From an uncultured Gammaproteobacteria bacterium (GTDB lineage: Bacteria > Patescibacteriota > Patescibacteriia > UBA9570 > XYC2-FULL-38-9): a stretch of DNA of 64,000 bases. Of the stretch, positions 50,990-62,700 are shown one piece after another; position 1 is the stretch's first letter, and the number at the start of each line of letters is the position of its first letter. The stretch is from NCBI GenBank assembly GCA_964492735.1, contig CAZBLE010000003.1, forward strand, positions 6,279 to 70,278, written 5' to 3'. A program made the position numbers and the translations under genes. The notes under the pieces are model-generated. The model searched no databases. It was not told the origin of the DNA and saw only the letters and a program-made list of their open reading frames with translations.

Positions 50990-52270
50990 TTATTCTTCCC
51001 AGTCAATAAGCAATAATCGCGGCTCTACTTCGCCATCGCGAACCAGTGGTTTGTCCGCATTAAAATCCCATTCAATCATAGTGTTTCGACTTGCAAAATC
51101 TTTATGGGGAACACCGCGCTCCTCTGCCATCTTTTTGAGAGACTCTCGTCGAGCTGTTAACGGAAAACCAAAAAAATGCACATCAACGACTTGAGCCCAT
51201 TCTTTTTTATATGACACTATTTTAGCATCAGCGTCTTCTTGAATCAGCACCGCATCTTTCTCCCATTGACTCTCCCAATGAGGAGATGCAAAACGGTATC
51301 GATTAAAAAAATCTTCAATCGAATCGATGCCTAGTGTGCGAGCAACTTGCAATATACACTTATCTACAAATTCTTTTCCGCCAAAGATATTAACGTGACG
51401 TAAATAACTACCCGGCCCGTCAATAACATCACTGATATAAATGTAGAGCTTCGAACAAAAAAAATGATAATCAAGAACCTCTTGGTATTTATTTGCAACA
51501 TCTTGACAGCGTTTTTGTAAATCATTATTTTGCGTTTCTGGAAAATAAAACATAATACCTGACATTACAGCTTGAAATGAAAGAGGTGCGCGTAACAAAT
51601 TGTCATAATCTTCAGTGCGTTGGAATCTACGGGCGATCGCATCTAACACTGTCACTCCACGCACTTTTTCAAAAAGTGCGTACTGGTTTTCGCCATGCAG
51701 TACTTCTCCGTACACTCGTGGCGTTGGAATCCCAGCGTCAAATGCTGCCCGTTGGCGATTCACAGAACTCAATGCCTTCCGATCAATCCGTCGTGAAACA
51801 ACAGAAAGAACACTCTCATCTGGCCCTGGAAGATTAAAAGATTTTACTTGTGTCACATCATATGCGATGTCCATCAGTCGGCGATTGGTTTCTGCTCGCG
51901 GGATCCTGCCTGCTCCACGATCTACCTCAACTTGGCCTTCAATAAAAGATGTTGGATCATCAAAAAACTCTTTTGGAAAATATGAACTGACTGCTTCGTC
52001 CAATAAAATAACAGGCGGTACTTCTGGATGCGTTTCAAAAAATAACGGCTCTGCGTCTAATAACGCTTCCATGGCATCAGCGTTCCCGGCAGTCAAACGA
52101 AATAATAATGCATACGGACTCTCTGTATACAGCACCTTCCCTTCACGGATATGCCGATCATGACGCTCCGCAAGTTCTAAAATCAACCGTGAAATACGCC
52201 GACCTGTGTCTTCCAGTGTTTTTTCAGGGCGTCGTGGTTGCAATTCGGCCATAGTTGAAAAATCTTTCAA
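50990..52270 (-). CDS. hypothetical protein, possibly protein-kinase-like (APH/choline-kinase-like) fold
   Basis: 426 aa. N-lobe-like PRVYGEVLHGENQYALFEKVRGVTVLD and C-terminal LLIDWEE resemble APH-family motifs, but the catalytic loop is not canonical. Tentative call. Confidence 0.4.
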   Translation of the reverse strand: MKDFSTMAELQPRRPEKTLEDTGRRISRLILELAERHDRHIREGKVLYTESPYALLFRLTAGNADAMEALLDAEPLFFETHPEVPPVILLDEAVSSYFPKEFFDDPTSFIEGQVEVDRGAGRIPRAETNRRLMDIAYDVTQVKSFNLPGPDESVLSVVSRRIDRKALSSVNRQRAAFDAGIPTPRVYGEVLHGENQYALFEKVRGVTVLDAIARRFQRTEDYDNLLRAPLSFQAVMSGIMFYFPETQNNDLQKRCQDVANKYQEVLDYHFFCSKLYIYISDVIDGPGSYLRHVNIFGGKEFVDKCILQVARTLGIDSIEDFFNRYRFASPHWESQWEKDAVLIQEDADAKIVSYKKEWAQVVDVHFFGFPLTARRESLKKMAEERGVPHKDFASRNTMIEWDFNADKPLVRDGEVEPRLLLIDWEE

Positions 52271-52312
52271 AATATTGTAGAATATGTGTAATCAATCATA
52301 TTTTTTACGCTT

Positions 52313-53389
52313 ATGCAAATTCGCCTCGGCCTTACATACGACGACGTTCTCCTCATTCCTCGCTATTCTGAGGTATCCCCTCGCAATACAGACCTGCGAG
52401 TGAACCTCGCTGGCATCAAACTTGAATTGCCATTTTTGAGCGCGCCAATGGATACGGTAACTGAATATGCAATGGCAAAAGCGATGGGCGAGCTCGGCGG
52501 GCTTGGCGTCATTCACAAAAACATGACCGCGGAAAAACAGGCCGGAATGGTAAAGCAACTCGTTGCAGACGGATTGGTTGGCGCTGCCAGTGTTGGCGGT
52601 GGCGACGAAGAATTTGAACGCGCGAAATTATTGGTTGAAGCTGGCGCTCGAATGATTGTTGTTGACAGTGCGCATGGCCATGCCCAATCAGTACTCAATC
52701 AAGTAAAACGAATTAAAAAAGCCTTTGGGAAAAAGGTCGTTGTTGTTGGAGGAAATGTTGCATCTGGAGCTGGCACAAAAGCCCTTATTGCTGCTGGCGC
52801 TGATGTTGTGAAAGTGGGTGTTGGCCCTGGATCAATTTGCACAACGCGTGTGATCGCCGGCGTTGGCGCGCCACAACTCACTGCTGTCATGGACGCAGTC
52901 GCTGCTGCAAAAAAAACCAAGACACCAATTATTGCAGATGGCGGAATTAAATATAGTGGCGACATCGTGAAAGCCCTTGCCGCTGGAGCAACGGTTGTAA
53001 TGGCGGGTGGATTATTTGCTGGAACAGATGAAGCGCCTGGTGAAGTAATCACAAAAGACGGTAAAAAAATGAAAATGTATCGTGGCATGGGTTCAGCGGA
53101 CGCAATGGAAATGGGCTCAAAAGATCGCTATGGACAAAAAGACACAACGGACAAAAAGAAACTTGTTGCTGAAGGAATTGTTGGATATACGGATTACAAA
53201 GGCGCAGTTGGCGATGTTGTATTTCAACTCGCTGGTGGACTTCGAGCTGGTATGGGGTATAACGGCGCAAAAAACTTGAAAGCGCTCGCGACCAAACCGG
53301 ATTTTATTCAAATTACATCAGCCGGTTTTGCAGAATCACATCCGCATTCACTGAAGATGATTGAGGGTTCCAGTAACTACAAAAAATAG
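52313..53389 (+). CDS. guaB: IMP dehydrogenase/GMP reductase family protein lacking CBS subdomain (guaB-like)
   Basis: 358 aa. Catalytic-Cys loop [12 protein letters not shown], phosphate-binding GGIKYSGD, and no CBS pair. Divergent from guaA. Confidence 0.75.
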   Translation: MQIRLGLTYDDVLLIPRYSEVSPRNTDLRVNLAGIKLELPFLSAPMDTVTEYAMAKAMGELGGLGVIHKNMTAEKQAGMVKQLVADGLVGAASVGGGDEEFERAKLLVEAGARMIVVDSAHGHAQSVLNQVKRIKKAFGKKVVVVGGNVASGAGTKALIAAGADVVKVGVGPGSICTTRVIAGVGAPQLTAVMDAVAAAKKTKTPIIADGGIKYSGDIVKALAAGATVVMAGGLFAGTDEAPGEVITKDGKKMKMYRGMGSADAMEMGSKDRYGQKDTTDKKKLVAEGIVGYTDYKGAVGDVVFQLAGGLRAGMGYNGAKNLKALATKPDFIQITSAGFAESHPHSLKMIEGSSNYKK

Positions 53390-53450
53390 TTACACAATTT
53401 TCATCGGTCAAAAAAACACTTCTGTATTGAAGCGTTTTTTTATTTGGGTA

Positions 53451-55112
53451 TTAAATGCCTTTATCGCGGCGCATGTCCCACAAGACACTACTCATGTATG
53501 GGCGACGATGCTCCCCTGTTGCAACCATCAGAAGCTTCGTGATTTTTAACCCTTCTGGATCTGTAAACAATAAAATCAACATTTCACGAATAATGTTTGA
53601 ATTCAGCAACACGTAATTATCCGTTCCGATACTGAGCTTCATTCCCTTCTTTTCCCACCATGAAAATGGATGTTCTTTATAGTCACCAAATTGACTAGTG
53701 AGTTTATAGTTTGATGATGGCAGGGAAACCAATTCAACACCTGTATCAATCATTCGATTTAAAATATCGTGCTGATATCGTTCCACTTCACGAGATGTAT
53801 GGAATTTTGTTTTCACAAAAGCTGTCACATCACTTTCAGTGAGCACATCACCTTCAAGCAACTTGCGCAACACTGCGTGATCTCCACGCCAATCCATGTC
53901 ATTTAGCTCGCGACCAAGACTCGAATCAACATCAATTTCCTTCCCTTGATGATTCAGCTCAAGTGCTTCTTGAAACAGGCGATGAAAATAATAGTTTGGA
54001 TTAATCCCTAACGCAACGCCATGTTCAACAGCGTCAATCGCCCAAATGTTGAGCGCATTATCAACTGATTGAATTCCCCGACGCAATGTATACCACGTTT
54101 CGCCATGATGGCTCCGAATTTTAAATCCACGAAATTGTAATTTTCGAAATGGCGCTTTAAATGCCATGTAATTTTCTTTGGTGTAAAAATGCATTTCATT
54201 CCCCACTGTATCAACCGATGTCATGACTTTTGCGATTTCTGGATGACGATCAATAATCGCCAATACTTCATTGACCTGATTACTCATGTCTTCTTCTTTA
54301 TTTGCAAACCGTGTGGTGTCAAAAAAATCTAACTCTTTCCGAAACGATGGGGCAAGCTCAAAAGAAAATTCAGGATGCTTGGATTGAAAATCACGGAAGC
54401 CTTCATAGAGCGCTACGGTGATATCTTCAGAAGACAAATGCTCCATTCCAGGAATTTCTTCAGCCGCTCCAGTTGAATTTGCGCGAGAAAATGTCCATTT
54501 TAAACGGATAAAGCCAACATTTGCTTCAGTCCATAAGCGCTCTGCCATGTGATAAGCCGCATCATGGTGCGCTTGTTTACTTGTCAGCACAACTTTTGTT
54601 AAAAACATTTTGCGCAAATACTGCACAAATGGATTATCAGCTTCATCGTCTCGCAGGCGCAGCAACGGACTAATACTTTCTGGTGTTGTCAGTGTCGCAG
54701 CATCTACTCCATAGACCTCTTGAATTTGTGCAGCAATTTGTGCACCATGTTCTCCAGAAAGCGCTTCCTGCAAGCGTGGGAAAACAAATGATTCATCAAG
54801 TGCGCCGGTTAAATGAGTGTGATGCTCTTGAAAATGAAGTCCAAAATCATGAAAATATTCAAAAAGAGCTTGAGCAAATGGATGCGCAAGCACTTCATCA
54901 ATCGGGACTTGGCGAATTTGAAAGGCTGTTAATAGCTTTGCAAATTCATCAATTGCTTGATGCGCTTCTACTGAAAAGCCATCAATATGCGTTTGTTGTA
55001 ATAAATCCAAGGTACTACGAAGAGAAATACCGTTGGTTTCTGCAACCATTTTGCTCAGCACCATTTTGAGCTCTTGGGCAACTGGATTGGAAGATTGGGC
55101 AGAAAATGTCAT
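53451..55112 (-). CDS. adenosine/AMP deaminase family amidohydrolase
   Basis: 553 aa. HxHLxG (EHHTHLTGAL), HxGE (SHHGETW) and a TD-containing motif (LSIGTDNYVLL), consistent with the adenosine/AMP deaminase metal-binding set. Confidence 0.6.
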   Translation of the reverse strand: MTFSAQSSNPVAQELKMVLSKMVAETNGISLRSTLDLLQQTHIDGFSVEAHQAIDEFAKLLTAFQIRQVPIDEVLAHPFAQALFEYFHDFGLHFQEHHTHLTGALDESFVFPRLQEALSGEHGAQIAAQIQEVYGVDAATLTTPESISPLLRLRDDEADNPFVQYLRKMFLTKVVLTSKQAHHDAAYHMAERLWTEANVGFIRLKWTFSRANSTGAAEEIPGMEHLSSEDITVALYEGFRDFQSKHPEFSFELAPSFRKELDFFDTTRFANKEEDMSNQVNEVLAIIDRHPEIAKVMTSVDTVGNEMHFYTKENYMAFKAPFRKLQFRGFKIRSHHGETWYTLRRGIQSVDNALNIWAIDAVEHGVALGINPNYYFHRLFQEALELNHQGKEIDVDSSLGRELNDMDWRGDHAVLRKLLEGDVLTESDVTAFVKTKFHTSREVERYQHDILNRMIDTGVELVSLPSSNYKLTSQFGDYKEHPFSWWEKKGMKLSIGTDNYVLLNSNIIREMLILLFTDPEGLKITKLLMVATGEHRRPYMSSVLWDMRRDKGI

Positions 55113-55292
55113 ATAGAATAAAAAACAAACTGCACTATTTTTATTATTATAGCAAAAAATATTGAGTTTGTCCAGGTGCGCACGTATAACCTAAACAAGT
55201 AAGTCAACGCCTGTTATTCTCTACCATAATTGTTATTGTTGCATAACAACTCTGGAAGGGACTGATCAGCACGCACGCGGCGACATTCTGAT

Positions 55293-55334
55293 CAGTGGCT
55301 CTTGAACGTACGGCCGTGGCGTACACCAAGAGCC
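55293..55334. repeat. nested perfect hairpin (GGCTCTTG...CAAGAGCC enclosing GTACG...CGTAC) next to two CTGATCAG palindromes at the edge of a GC-rich islet
   Basis: GGCTCTTG-aac-GTACG-gccgtgg-CGTAC-ac-CAAGAGCC. CTGATCAG occurs at 55263 and 55289. Immediately 3' of the small GC-rich gene. Confidence 0.4.
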
Positions 55335-55358
55335 CTTGAGCGGAGCAGCAGCTAGATG

Positions 55359-55636
55359 CTACTGGCCGTCAACAGGCGGCTGAGGGTCCGAAGCCTTCAT
55401 CAGTGGAGGTGCACGATGGAGCCGACGCCGACCCCAGACCCCGAGGCCGAAGCCTACCAGGTAGGAGAGGGCGATCAGCAACGGGTAACCGGACTCCTCC
55501 AACCGACGGGCGAAGAGCACAAAGGCTCCCACCGCGAAGACCAGGATCAGCGTCGTGCGCCACTCCTTGTCGCGACGAAACCCGTCGACGATGAAACCGG
55601 CGATCAGCCCATACATCAACAACCCGAAAACCAACA
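55359..55636 (-). CDS. GC-rich small membrane protein (~92 aa, 3 TM), hypothetical (foreign gene)
   Basis: SD AAGGAG 11 nt upstream of the ATG at 55636, with an in-frame GTG at 55649. Perfect -35 TTGACA upstream. ~65 % GC with G/C-biased third positions. Translation MLVFGLLMYGLIAGFIVDGF... Confidence 0.5.
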
Positions 55637-55733
55637 TTGTTTTCACCACTCCTTGAGTGCCAATCTATTTGGCTACAGCCAGCCTACTGGCTCAAATCAA
55701 GGTTGTCAACAAAGATTCAATACTCTCAAATGA

Positions 55734-55762
55734 CAAAAAACCCTCCAGAAAGGAGGGCTTTT
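55734..55762 (-). terminator. rho-independent terminator of rpoBC (bidirectional hairpin)
   Basis: Minus strand reads AAAAGCCCTCC-tttct-GGAGGG TTTTTTGTC. Lies 22 nt after the rpoC stop. Confidence 0.75.
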
Positions 55763-55783
55763 GTATCGAGTATGTCTGTTTAT

Positions 55784-58700
55784 TTACAGCGTTTCGATTT
55801 CTTCTGTTGTATCTTCATTCGTCTTCGCACCAGCTTCTGGCATTTTAAAACCAGTTCCAACTGGAATTAATTTACCGATGATGACGTTTTCTTTTAGACC
55901 CATCAAGTTATCTACTTTTCCAGACACAGCCGCATCGATCAAGATGCGGGCAGTTTCTTGAAAAGACGCTGCAGATAAGAATGAATCAACAGTTAATGAT
56001 GCTTTTGTGATACCGAGCAATACCGGCTCAACAACCGCTGGTTTACCGCCAGCTTCAGCATTTGCGCGAGCAAGTGCTGAACGTGAAACAACATCGCCGT
56101 TCACTAAGTCAGTTCCCTTTGGATCTAAGACCTTGAAACGTGCAAGCATTTGACGAATGATTACTTCAATATGCTTGTCATTTAACTTCTGACCTTGTGA
56201 GCTATAAATATATTGAATTTCTTTAATGATATATTTATGCACTGCATCGATTCCTTGAAGCGCTTGTAATTCATACAAGTCCAATGAACCTTCTGTTAGC
56301 TGTTGACCTGCAACAACCAGCTCACCTTCCTTCACCCACACGCCATAGCCTGGGACAACTGGGCATTCGCGAATTTGTTCTTCACGACCATAGAGTGAAA
56401 GTTTGGTTTTTTCGATTTTAATTGTTCCAGCAATACGTGCTTTCACAGTTCCATCGACGTTATCAAACAAGGCAGCGCCTTTTTTCACAGTTGCACCATC
56501 GGAAGCGTGCAGCTTGTCAGCTTTTTTCATGGTGTATTTTTCTTCAACATCAGCATCATATCCAATGCGAACAATATACTGACCATTTTCTTTCACAATT
56601 TCTTTCACAACACCATCAACGTCAGCGATCACTGCTGCTCGTTTTAATTGGCGCGCTTCAAACAATTCTTCGACACGTGGAAGACCTTGGGTAATATCAG
56701 CGCCAGCTACACCACCAGTATGGAAGGTACGCATAGTAAGCTGAGTTCCTGGCTCACCAATTGATTGAGCGGCCATAATTCCAGCGGCAGTTCCAAGAGC
56801 TGCTAATTTATTGTTTGAGAGATCGAAACCATAACAGAACTGACACACACCACGATCTTGTTCACACGTCAGTACTGATCGAATGACTGCAGATTCCATT
56901 TCATGACCTTTCACTTTTTCAAGTTCGTCAGTTGAAACTAATGTACCTTTTTTAATCAAGACTTTGCCGTTTACATCAACCAAGTCTTTCGCAAGCACAC
57001 GGCCTAAGATACGATTTGCTAGTGATTCACCCATGTCTGTTGATTCTTTTTCAGAAATTTCAAAGCCACGAGTTGTTCCGCAATCTTCTGCAGCGACAAC
57101 AACATCTTGGGCAACATCAACCAAACGACGAGTCAGGTATCCGGCATTCGCAGTACGAAGCGCAGTATCAGTCAAACCTTTACGCGCACCATGTGTTGAA
57201 ATGAAATATTCCAAGACATCGAACCCTTCTTTAAATGACGCTTTGACTGGCAATTCGATTGTTTCACCAGACGGGTTAATCACGAGACCTTTCATACCCA
57301 TCATCTGAGTTGTTTGACCCCATGAACCACGAGCACCAGAGTTAATCATTGCGAATACTGAACCATCAAGTGGAAGCACTTTTTGTACTTCATCAGTCAC
57401 TTTGTCTTTTGCGGCTGTCCAAATTTCAACAACTTTTACACGACGCTCGTCATCAGTTAAGAGACCCATCATAAAGTTGTGATGGATATCTTCTACTTCT
57501 TTTTCTGCGTCAGCGATAATACCAGCTTTTGAATCTGGAACCATCACGTCATCCATACCCCAAGAAATACCAGAATGTGTGACATATTCAATCGCAATAT
57601 CTTTCACATCATCAAGTAATTGAACAGTACGATCTGGACCTTCAACAGCGAGACATTCTGCAATGATATCTTTCAATACTTTTTTATCAACCACTTCATT
57701 CAAGAACTGTTGTGCTTCTGGCAAGATTGTATTGAACAAGATGCGACCAGCTGTTGTTTCAACAACTCCGTCTGCCATCTTCACAAGAACAGCATCTTGC
57801 AAATGAACGCGACCAGTCTGCTGCGCAAAACGCGCTTCTTCTGCACTTCCAAACGCGAGCATGCGTTTATTGTCGTCTGCTTTTTCACGCTTCACTGTCA
57901 TGTAATATGATCCGAGGACGATATCTTGTGACGGAGTGACGATCGGTTCACCAGTCGCTGGTTTAAGCAAGTTATGTGATGCGAGCATCAATTCTTTTGA
58001 CTCACGACGCGCTTCTGTTGAAAGAGGCACATGCACCGCCATCTGGTCACCATCAAAGTCAGCATTAAACGCTGGACACACAAGTGGATGCACTTGGATC
58101 GCTTTACCTTCAATCAAAATTGGCTGGAAGGCTTGGATACCAAGACGATGCAAGGTTGGAGCACGGTTCAAGAGTACAGTTGCATCGAGTGTCACTTCTT
58201 CAAGGATGTCCCATACTTCAGGACGATCTGATTCAATGAAGCGGTTTGCTGAGCGAACATTGTACACATATTCACGTTCAATCAATTTCGCAATCACGAA
58301 TGATTTGAACAATTCAAGTGCCATACGTTTTGGCAAACCACATTGATACAATTTCAAATGTGGACCAACCACGATTACTGAACGACCAGAGTAGTCAACA
58401 CGTTTACCAAGAAGATTTTGACGGAAACGACCTTGTTTTCCTTTCAGAATATCAGCAAGTGATTTCAACTGACGTTTTTGTCCAGTAGATGCCGTAACAG
58501 TTTTTCCATGACGAGCACTGTTATCGATCAGCGCATCAACCGCTTCTTGTAACATACGTTTTTCATTGCGTTGAATCACTTCAGGTGCATTCAATTCTTT
58601 CAAACGCTTCAAACGATTGTTACGGTTAATCACGCGACGATACAAGTCATTCAAATCAGAAGCTGCGAATCGACCACCGTCAAGTTGCACCATTGGACGC

Positions 58701-59683
58701 AAATCTGGTGGGATCACTGGAATAACATCAAGAATCATCCATTCAGGGCGCAGTTCGTTCTTGATCAAATTCTTCACAAGTTTCAAACGACGCAACACAC
58801 GACTTGATTGATTCTTTGTTGCAGTGAGAAGTTCTGCTTCGAGCGCTTTTTGTGTTTCCGCAAGATCAATGCGTACAAGTAACTGCTTCACAGCTTCAGC
58901 ACCGATACCAGCGTCAAACACGTGACCGTATTTCAATGACAAGTCATAGTATTCACTTTCTGAAACAATCTGATGAACACTTAAGTTCTTCAATTCTTTC
59001 ATTGCCATTGATGCCGCATCTTCTAAATCTTTCAGCTGTTCATCACGCAACACAGAAACATTCACAAGTTCTTGTTCGAACTTATTATCGTCTGCTGCTT
59101 TCAATTTTCCGCCTGCTTCCTTCGTTGCAGCTTCACGACGTTTTTTTACTTCAGCAACTTTGTCTTGTGCTTCGGCTTTAATCTGTTTTTTCTTTTGTTC
59201 TAATTCTTGTTCAATTTGCTCCATTGTCTGAGCGCGTAACTCATCGTTCACATCAGTCACGATAAAGTTTGCAAAATAGACAACTTTTTCAAGAGCTTGT
59301 GCAGATAAGTTTAAGAGCAAACCAACTTTACTTGGCACGCCACGGAGGAACCAGATATGTGACACTGGCGCAGCAAGCGCAATGTGACCCATGCGTTCAC
59401 GACGTACGTTTGCGCGTGTGACTTCAACGTGACATTTATCACAAACAATTCCTTTGTAACGAATGCGTTTGTATTTACCGCAATAACATTCCCAGTCTTT
59501 TGACGGACCAAAAATCTTTTCACAGAACAAACCATCTTTTTCTGGCTTCTGTGTTCGGTAGTTGATCGTTTCTGGACGAATGACTTCGCCATGAGACCAT
59601 GAACGAATTTCTTGTGGAGATGCCAGTTTCAGACGGATCGCTGAGAAATCGGCAACTTGTGTGGTGTTTTCGTAGAATGACAT
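55784..59683 (-). CDS. rpoC: DNA-directed RNA polymerase subunit beta'
   Basis: 1299 aa. Zinc-binding CYCGKYKRIRYKGIVCDKCHVEV and the NADFDGDQM catalytic motif. Confidence 0.97.
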   Translation of the reverse strand: MSFYENTTQVADFSAIRLKLASPQEIRSWSHGEVIRPETINYRTQKPEKDGLFCEKIFGPSKDWECYCGKYKRIRYKGIVCDKCHVEVTRANVRRERMGHIALAAPVSHIWFLRGVPSKVGLLLNLSAQALEKVVYFANFIVTDVNDELRAQTMEQIEQELEQKKKQIKAEAQDKVAEVKKRREAATKEAGGKLKAADDNKFEQELVNVSVLRDEQLKDLEDAASMAMKELKNLSVHQIVSESEYYDLSLKYGHVFDAGIGAEAVKQLLVRIDLAETQKALEAELLTATKNQSSRVLRRLKLVKNLIKNELRPEWMILDVIPVIPPDLRPMVQLDGGRFAASDLNDLYRRVINRNNRLKRLKELNAPEVIQRNEKRMLQEAVDALIDNSARHGKTVTASTGQKRQLKSLADILKGKQGRFRQNLLGKRVDYSGRSVIVVGPHLKLYQCGLPKRMALELFKSFVIAKLIEREYVYNVRSANRFIESDRPEVWDILEEVTLDATVLLNRAPTLHRLGIQAFQPILIEGKAIQVHPLVCPAFNADFDGDQMAVHVPLSTEARRESKELMLASHNLLKPATGEPIVTPSQDIVLGSYYMTVKREKADDNKRMLAFGSAEEARFAQQTGRVHLQDAVLVKMADGVVETTAGRILFNTILPEAQQFLNEVVDKKVLKDIIAECLAVEGPDRTVQLLDDVKDIAIEYVTHSGISWGMDDVMVPDSKAGIIADAEKEVEDIHHNFMMGLLTDDERRVKVVEIWTAAKDKVTDEVQKVLPLDGSVFAMINSGARGSWGQTTQMMGMKGLVINPSGETIELPVKASFKEGFDVLEYFISTHGARKGLTDTALRTANAGYLTRRLVDVAQDVVVAAEDCGTTRGFEISEKESTDMGESLANRILGRVLAKDLVDVNGKVLIKKGTLVSTDELEKVKGHEMESAVIRSVLTCEQDRGVCQFCYGFDLSNNKLAALGTAAGIMAAQSIGEPGTQLTMRTFHTGGVAGADITQGLPRVEELFEARQLKRAAVIADVDGVVKEIVKENGQYIVRIGYDADVEEKYTMKKADKLHASDGATVKKGAALFDNVDGTVKARIAGTIKIEKTKLSLYGREEQIRECPVVPGYGVWVKEGELVVAGQQLTEGSLDLYELQALQGIDAVHKYIIKEIQYIYSSQGQKLNDKHIEVIIRQMLARFKVLDPKGTDLVNGDVVSRSALARANAEAGGKPAVVEPVLLGITKASLTVDSFLSAASFQETARILIDAAVSGKVDNLMGLKENVIIGKLIPVGTGFKMPEAGAKTNEDTTEEIETL

Positions 59684-59706
59684 ATGTGTATGTTGTCGAT
59701 TAATTA

Positions 59707-62700
59707 TTATTTCAGCTCGTCTTCAGAAGGCTCTTCATCGCCCGGATCGCGCTCGACGCGGATAATGCCTTCATCTTCTGAGTATTCATTCGCTGTTTCT
59801 GGAGTTGCAACGCGCTTTGGTTGATCGTGATCTTCAATTGCAATTCCTTCATCATTCAAGAGCTCAACATCAAGTGCAAGACCTTTCAATTCACGCACCA
59901 AGACATTAAATGATTCTGGCACGTTCTTCATTTGAATTTCTTCGCTCTTAATGATCGACTCATACGCTTTACTGCGACCTGGAACATCATCAGATTTAAT
60001 CGTCAACATTTCTTGTAATGTGTATGCAGCACCGTACGCTTGCAGTGCCCACACTTCCATTTCTCCGAAACGCTGTCCACCGAATTGTGCTTTACCACCG
60101 AGCGGTTGCTGTGTCACAAGACTGTACGGACCAATAGAACGTTGGTGAATCTTATCTTCAACCATGTGATTCAATTTCAGCATGTATGACACACCACACA
60201 TCACCAGTTGATCAAAACGTTCACCGTTACGACCATCAAATAGAGGGATGCGACCTTCGCGTGGGAAGCCAGCTTTTTCGAGTTCTTGACGAATTGTTTC
60301 TGCTGGAATTCCGGCAAAAGCTGGTGTTGCAACAGTGTAACCAAGAGCTTGCGCCGCAAGACCGAGATGGGCTTCGAGAATCTGACCCAAGTTCATACGA
60401 GATACGACACCGAGTGGATTCAAGATGATATCAACTGGTGTTCCATCTTCGAGGTATGGCATGTCTTCAACTGGAACAATACGTGAGATCACACCTTTGT
60501 TTCCATGACGACCAGCCATTTTATCACCGACTTGAATTTTACGAAGTTGTGCGATTGATACTTGAATTGTTTGCATCACACCAGCTTGCAGTTTGTCACC
60601 ATTTTCCTTACTGAAAATCTTCACATCAACAACGCGACCGTGTTCACCATGTGACAAATACAATGAACTATCTTTTACATCTTTTGCTTTATCACCGAAA
60701 ATTGCACGCAACAATTTTTCTTCCGCTGACAATTCTGTTTCACCTTTTGGAGTAATTTTTCCAACGAGGATGTCACCACTGCCAACTTGCGCACCAACAC
60801 GGATAATACCGTTTTCATCTAAGTTCTTTAACTTTTCTTCAGATACATTTGGAATATCACGAGTGATTACCTCTGGTCCAAGTTTTGTATCACGCACATC
60901 AATTGTGTAATCCTCAATATGAATTGATGTGTATCGATCTTTTTGCACTAAACGCTCAGAAAGCAAGATCGCATCTTCATAGTTACCACCTTCCCATGGC
61001 ATGTATGCCACGACAACGTTTTGACCAATCGCGAGTTCACCACCTTGAGTTGATGCACCGTCTGCTAAAATGTCACCCTTCTTAATCTTTTGACCAACTG
61101 AAACAATTGGTTTTTGGTTAATAGAGGTTGATGCATTTGAACGTTGGAATGATTTCAAGTGATATTCTTTGTATCCACCAGATTTTTCTTTGATTGTGAC
61201 TTTGTTCGCTTGAACGTGTTCAACAACACCGTCTTCTGTTGCAACTGCTACTTGTCCAGAATCTTTTGCCGCACGAAGCTCAACACCTGTTCCGACAATT
61301 GGCGCTTGTGGCTTAATTGTTGGCACGGCTTGACGTTGCATGTTTGTTCCCATCAATGCACGAACCGCATCGTTATGTTCCAAGAATGGAATCAACGCTG
61401 TTGAGATAGAAATGATTTGTTTTGGAGAAACGTCCATGTAATCAATTTCTGTCACGTCCATGATTGTCGGTTGCATGTGGTGACGTACTTCTGCTTTTTC
61501 AACGAGGAAGTAACCGTCAGCATCAATCTGCGTTGTTGCAGCTGTTGTTGTACTTTTTTCTTCTTCAAAAGAATCAAGGTACACAATATCATCAGTGACA
61601 CGCATGCGGCCGTCTGCTTCTTTTACAACTTTGCGGAATGGAGTTTCGAGGAAACCGAAATCATTAATACGTGCAAATGAACTCATGTGACCCACGAGAC
61701 CAATGTTTGGACCTTCAGGAGTTTCAATCGGACAAATACGACCATAATGAGTGCGATGTACATCACGAACTTCAAAGCCTGCGCGTTCACGAGATAGACC
61801 GCCAGGACCCATCGCATTCAAACGACGTTTATGTTCAAGTTCTGCAAGTGGATTTGTTTGGTCCATGAATTGTGAGAGCTGTGAACTCATGAAAAATTCT
61901 TTCACCGCACCAATCACTGGACGAGCGTTAATCAATACACCAGGAGTCAATGTTTCAACGTCTTTGGTAGACATACGATCTTTCACAATACGTTCCATAC
62001 GTGAAAGTCCAATACGGAATTTGTTTTGCACTAATTCTCCAACGGCACGAATACGACGATTTCCAAGATGGTCAATATCATCCGGTTGTTCTTGACTGTT
62101 GTTCAAGCGAATGATTTCACTGATGATTGCAACGATATCTTCACGACGCAATACACGATTTTCTGGAATATTTTCAACGTCTGTGAATCCAAAACGTTTG
62201 TTGAGTTTATAGCGACCAACACGACCGAAATCATAACGATCGAAGTTAAAGAACATCGCGTGGATCAATGAACGCGCATTATCAACTGTCGCGAGATCAC
62301 CTGGACGAATACGTTTGTAGACTTCTTTCAAACCTTCTGCTTCATTGCGACTGGTATCTTTTTCTAATGTCGCAGCAATGTATTGATTGTGTGGATGTGT
62401 ATCAACATCTTTGAAGAGCTCCATGATTTCTTCATCAGAAGAATAGCCGAATGCACGAAGCAGCGCAGTAATTGCTACTTTACGTTTACGATCTACTTTA
62501 ACGTAAATCACATTGTCGTGATTTGTTTCAACTTCAAGCCATGCACCACGGTTTGGAATAATTTTTGCACCGTAGTAAAAATTTCCTTTTAAGAAATTTG
62601 ATGTAAAGAATACACCAGCTGAACGGATGAGCTGTGATACCACAACACGCTCAATACCGTTAATAATAAACGTTCCACGATCTGTCATGAGTGGGAAGTC

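Noticed and set aside
55293-55334. Integron attC (59-be) site at the end of the small GC-rich cassette-like gene
   Set aside because: The hairpin does not contain RYYYAAC/GTTRRRY core sites, and no intI gene is in the window. It is reported only as a structured repeat.
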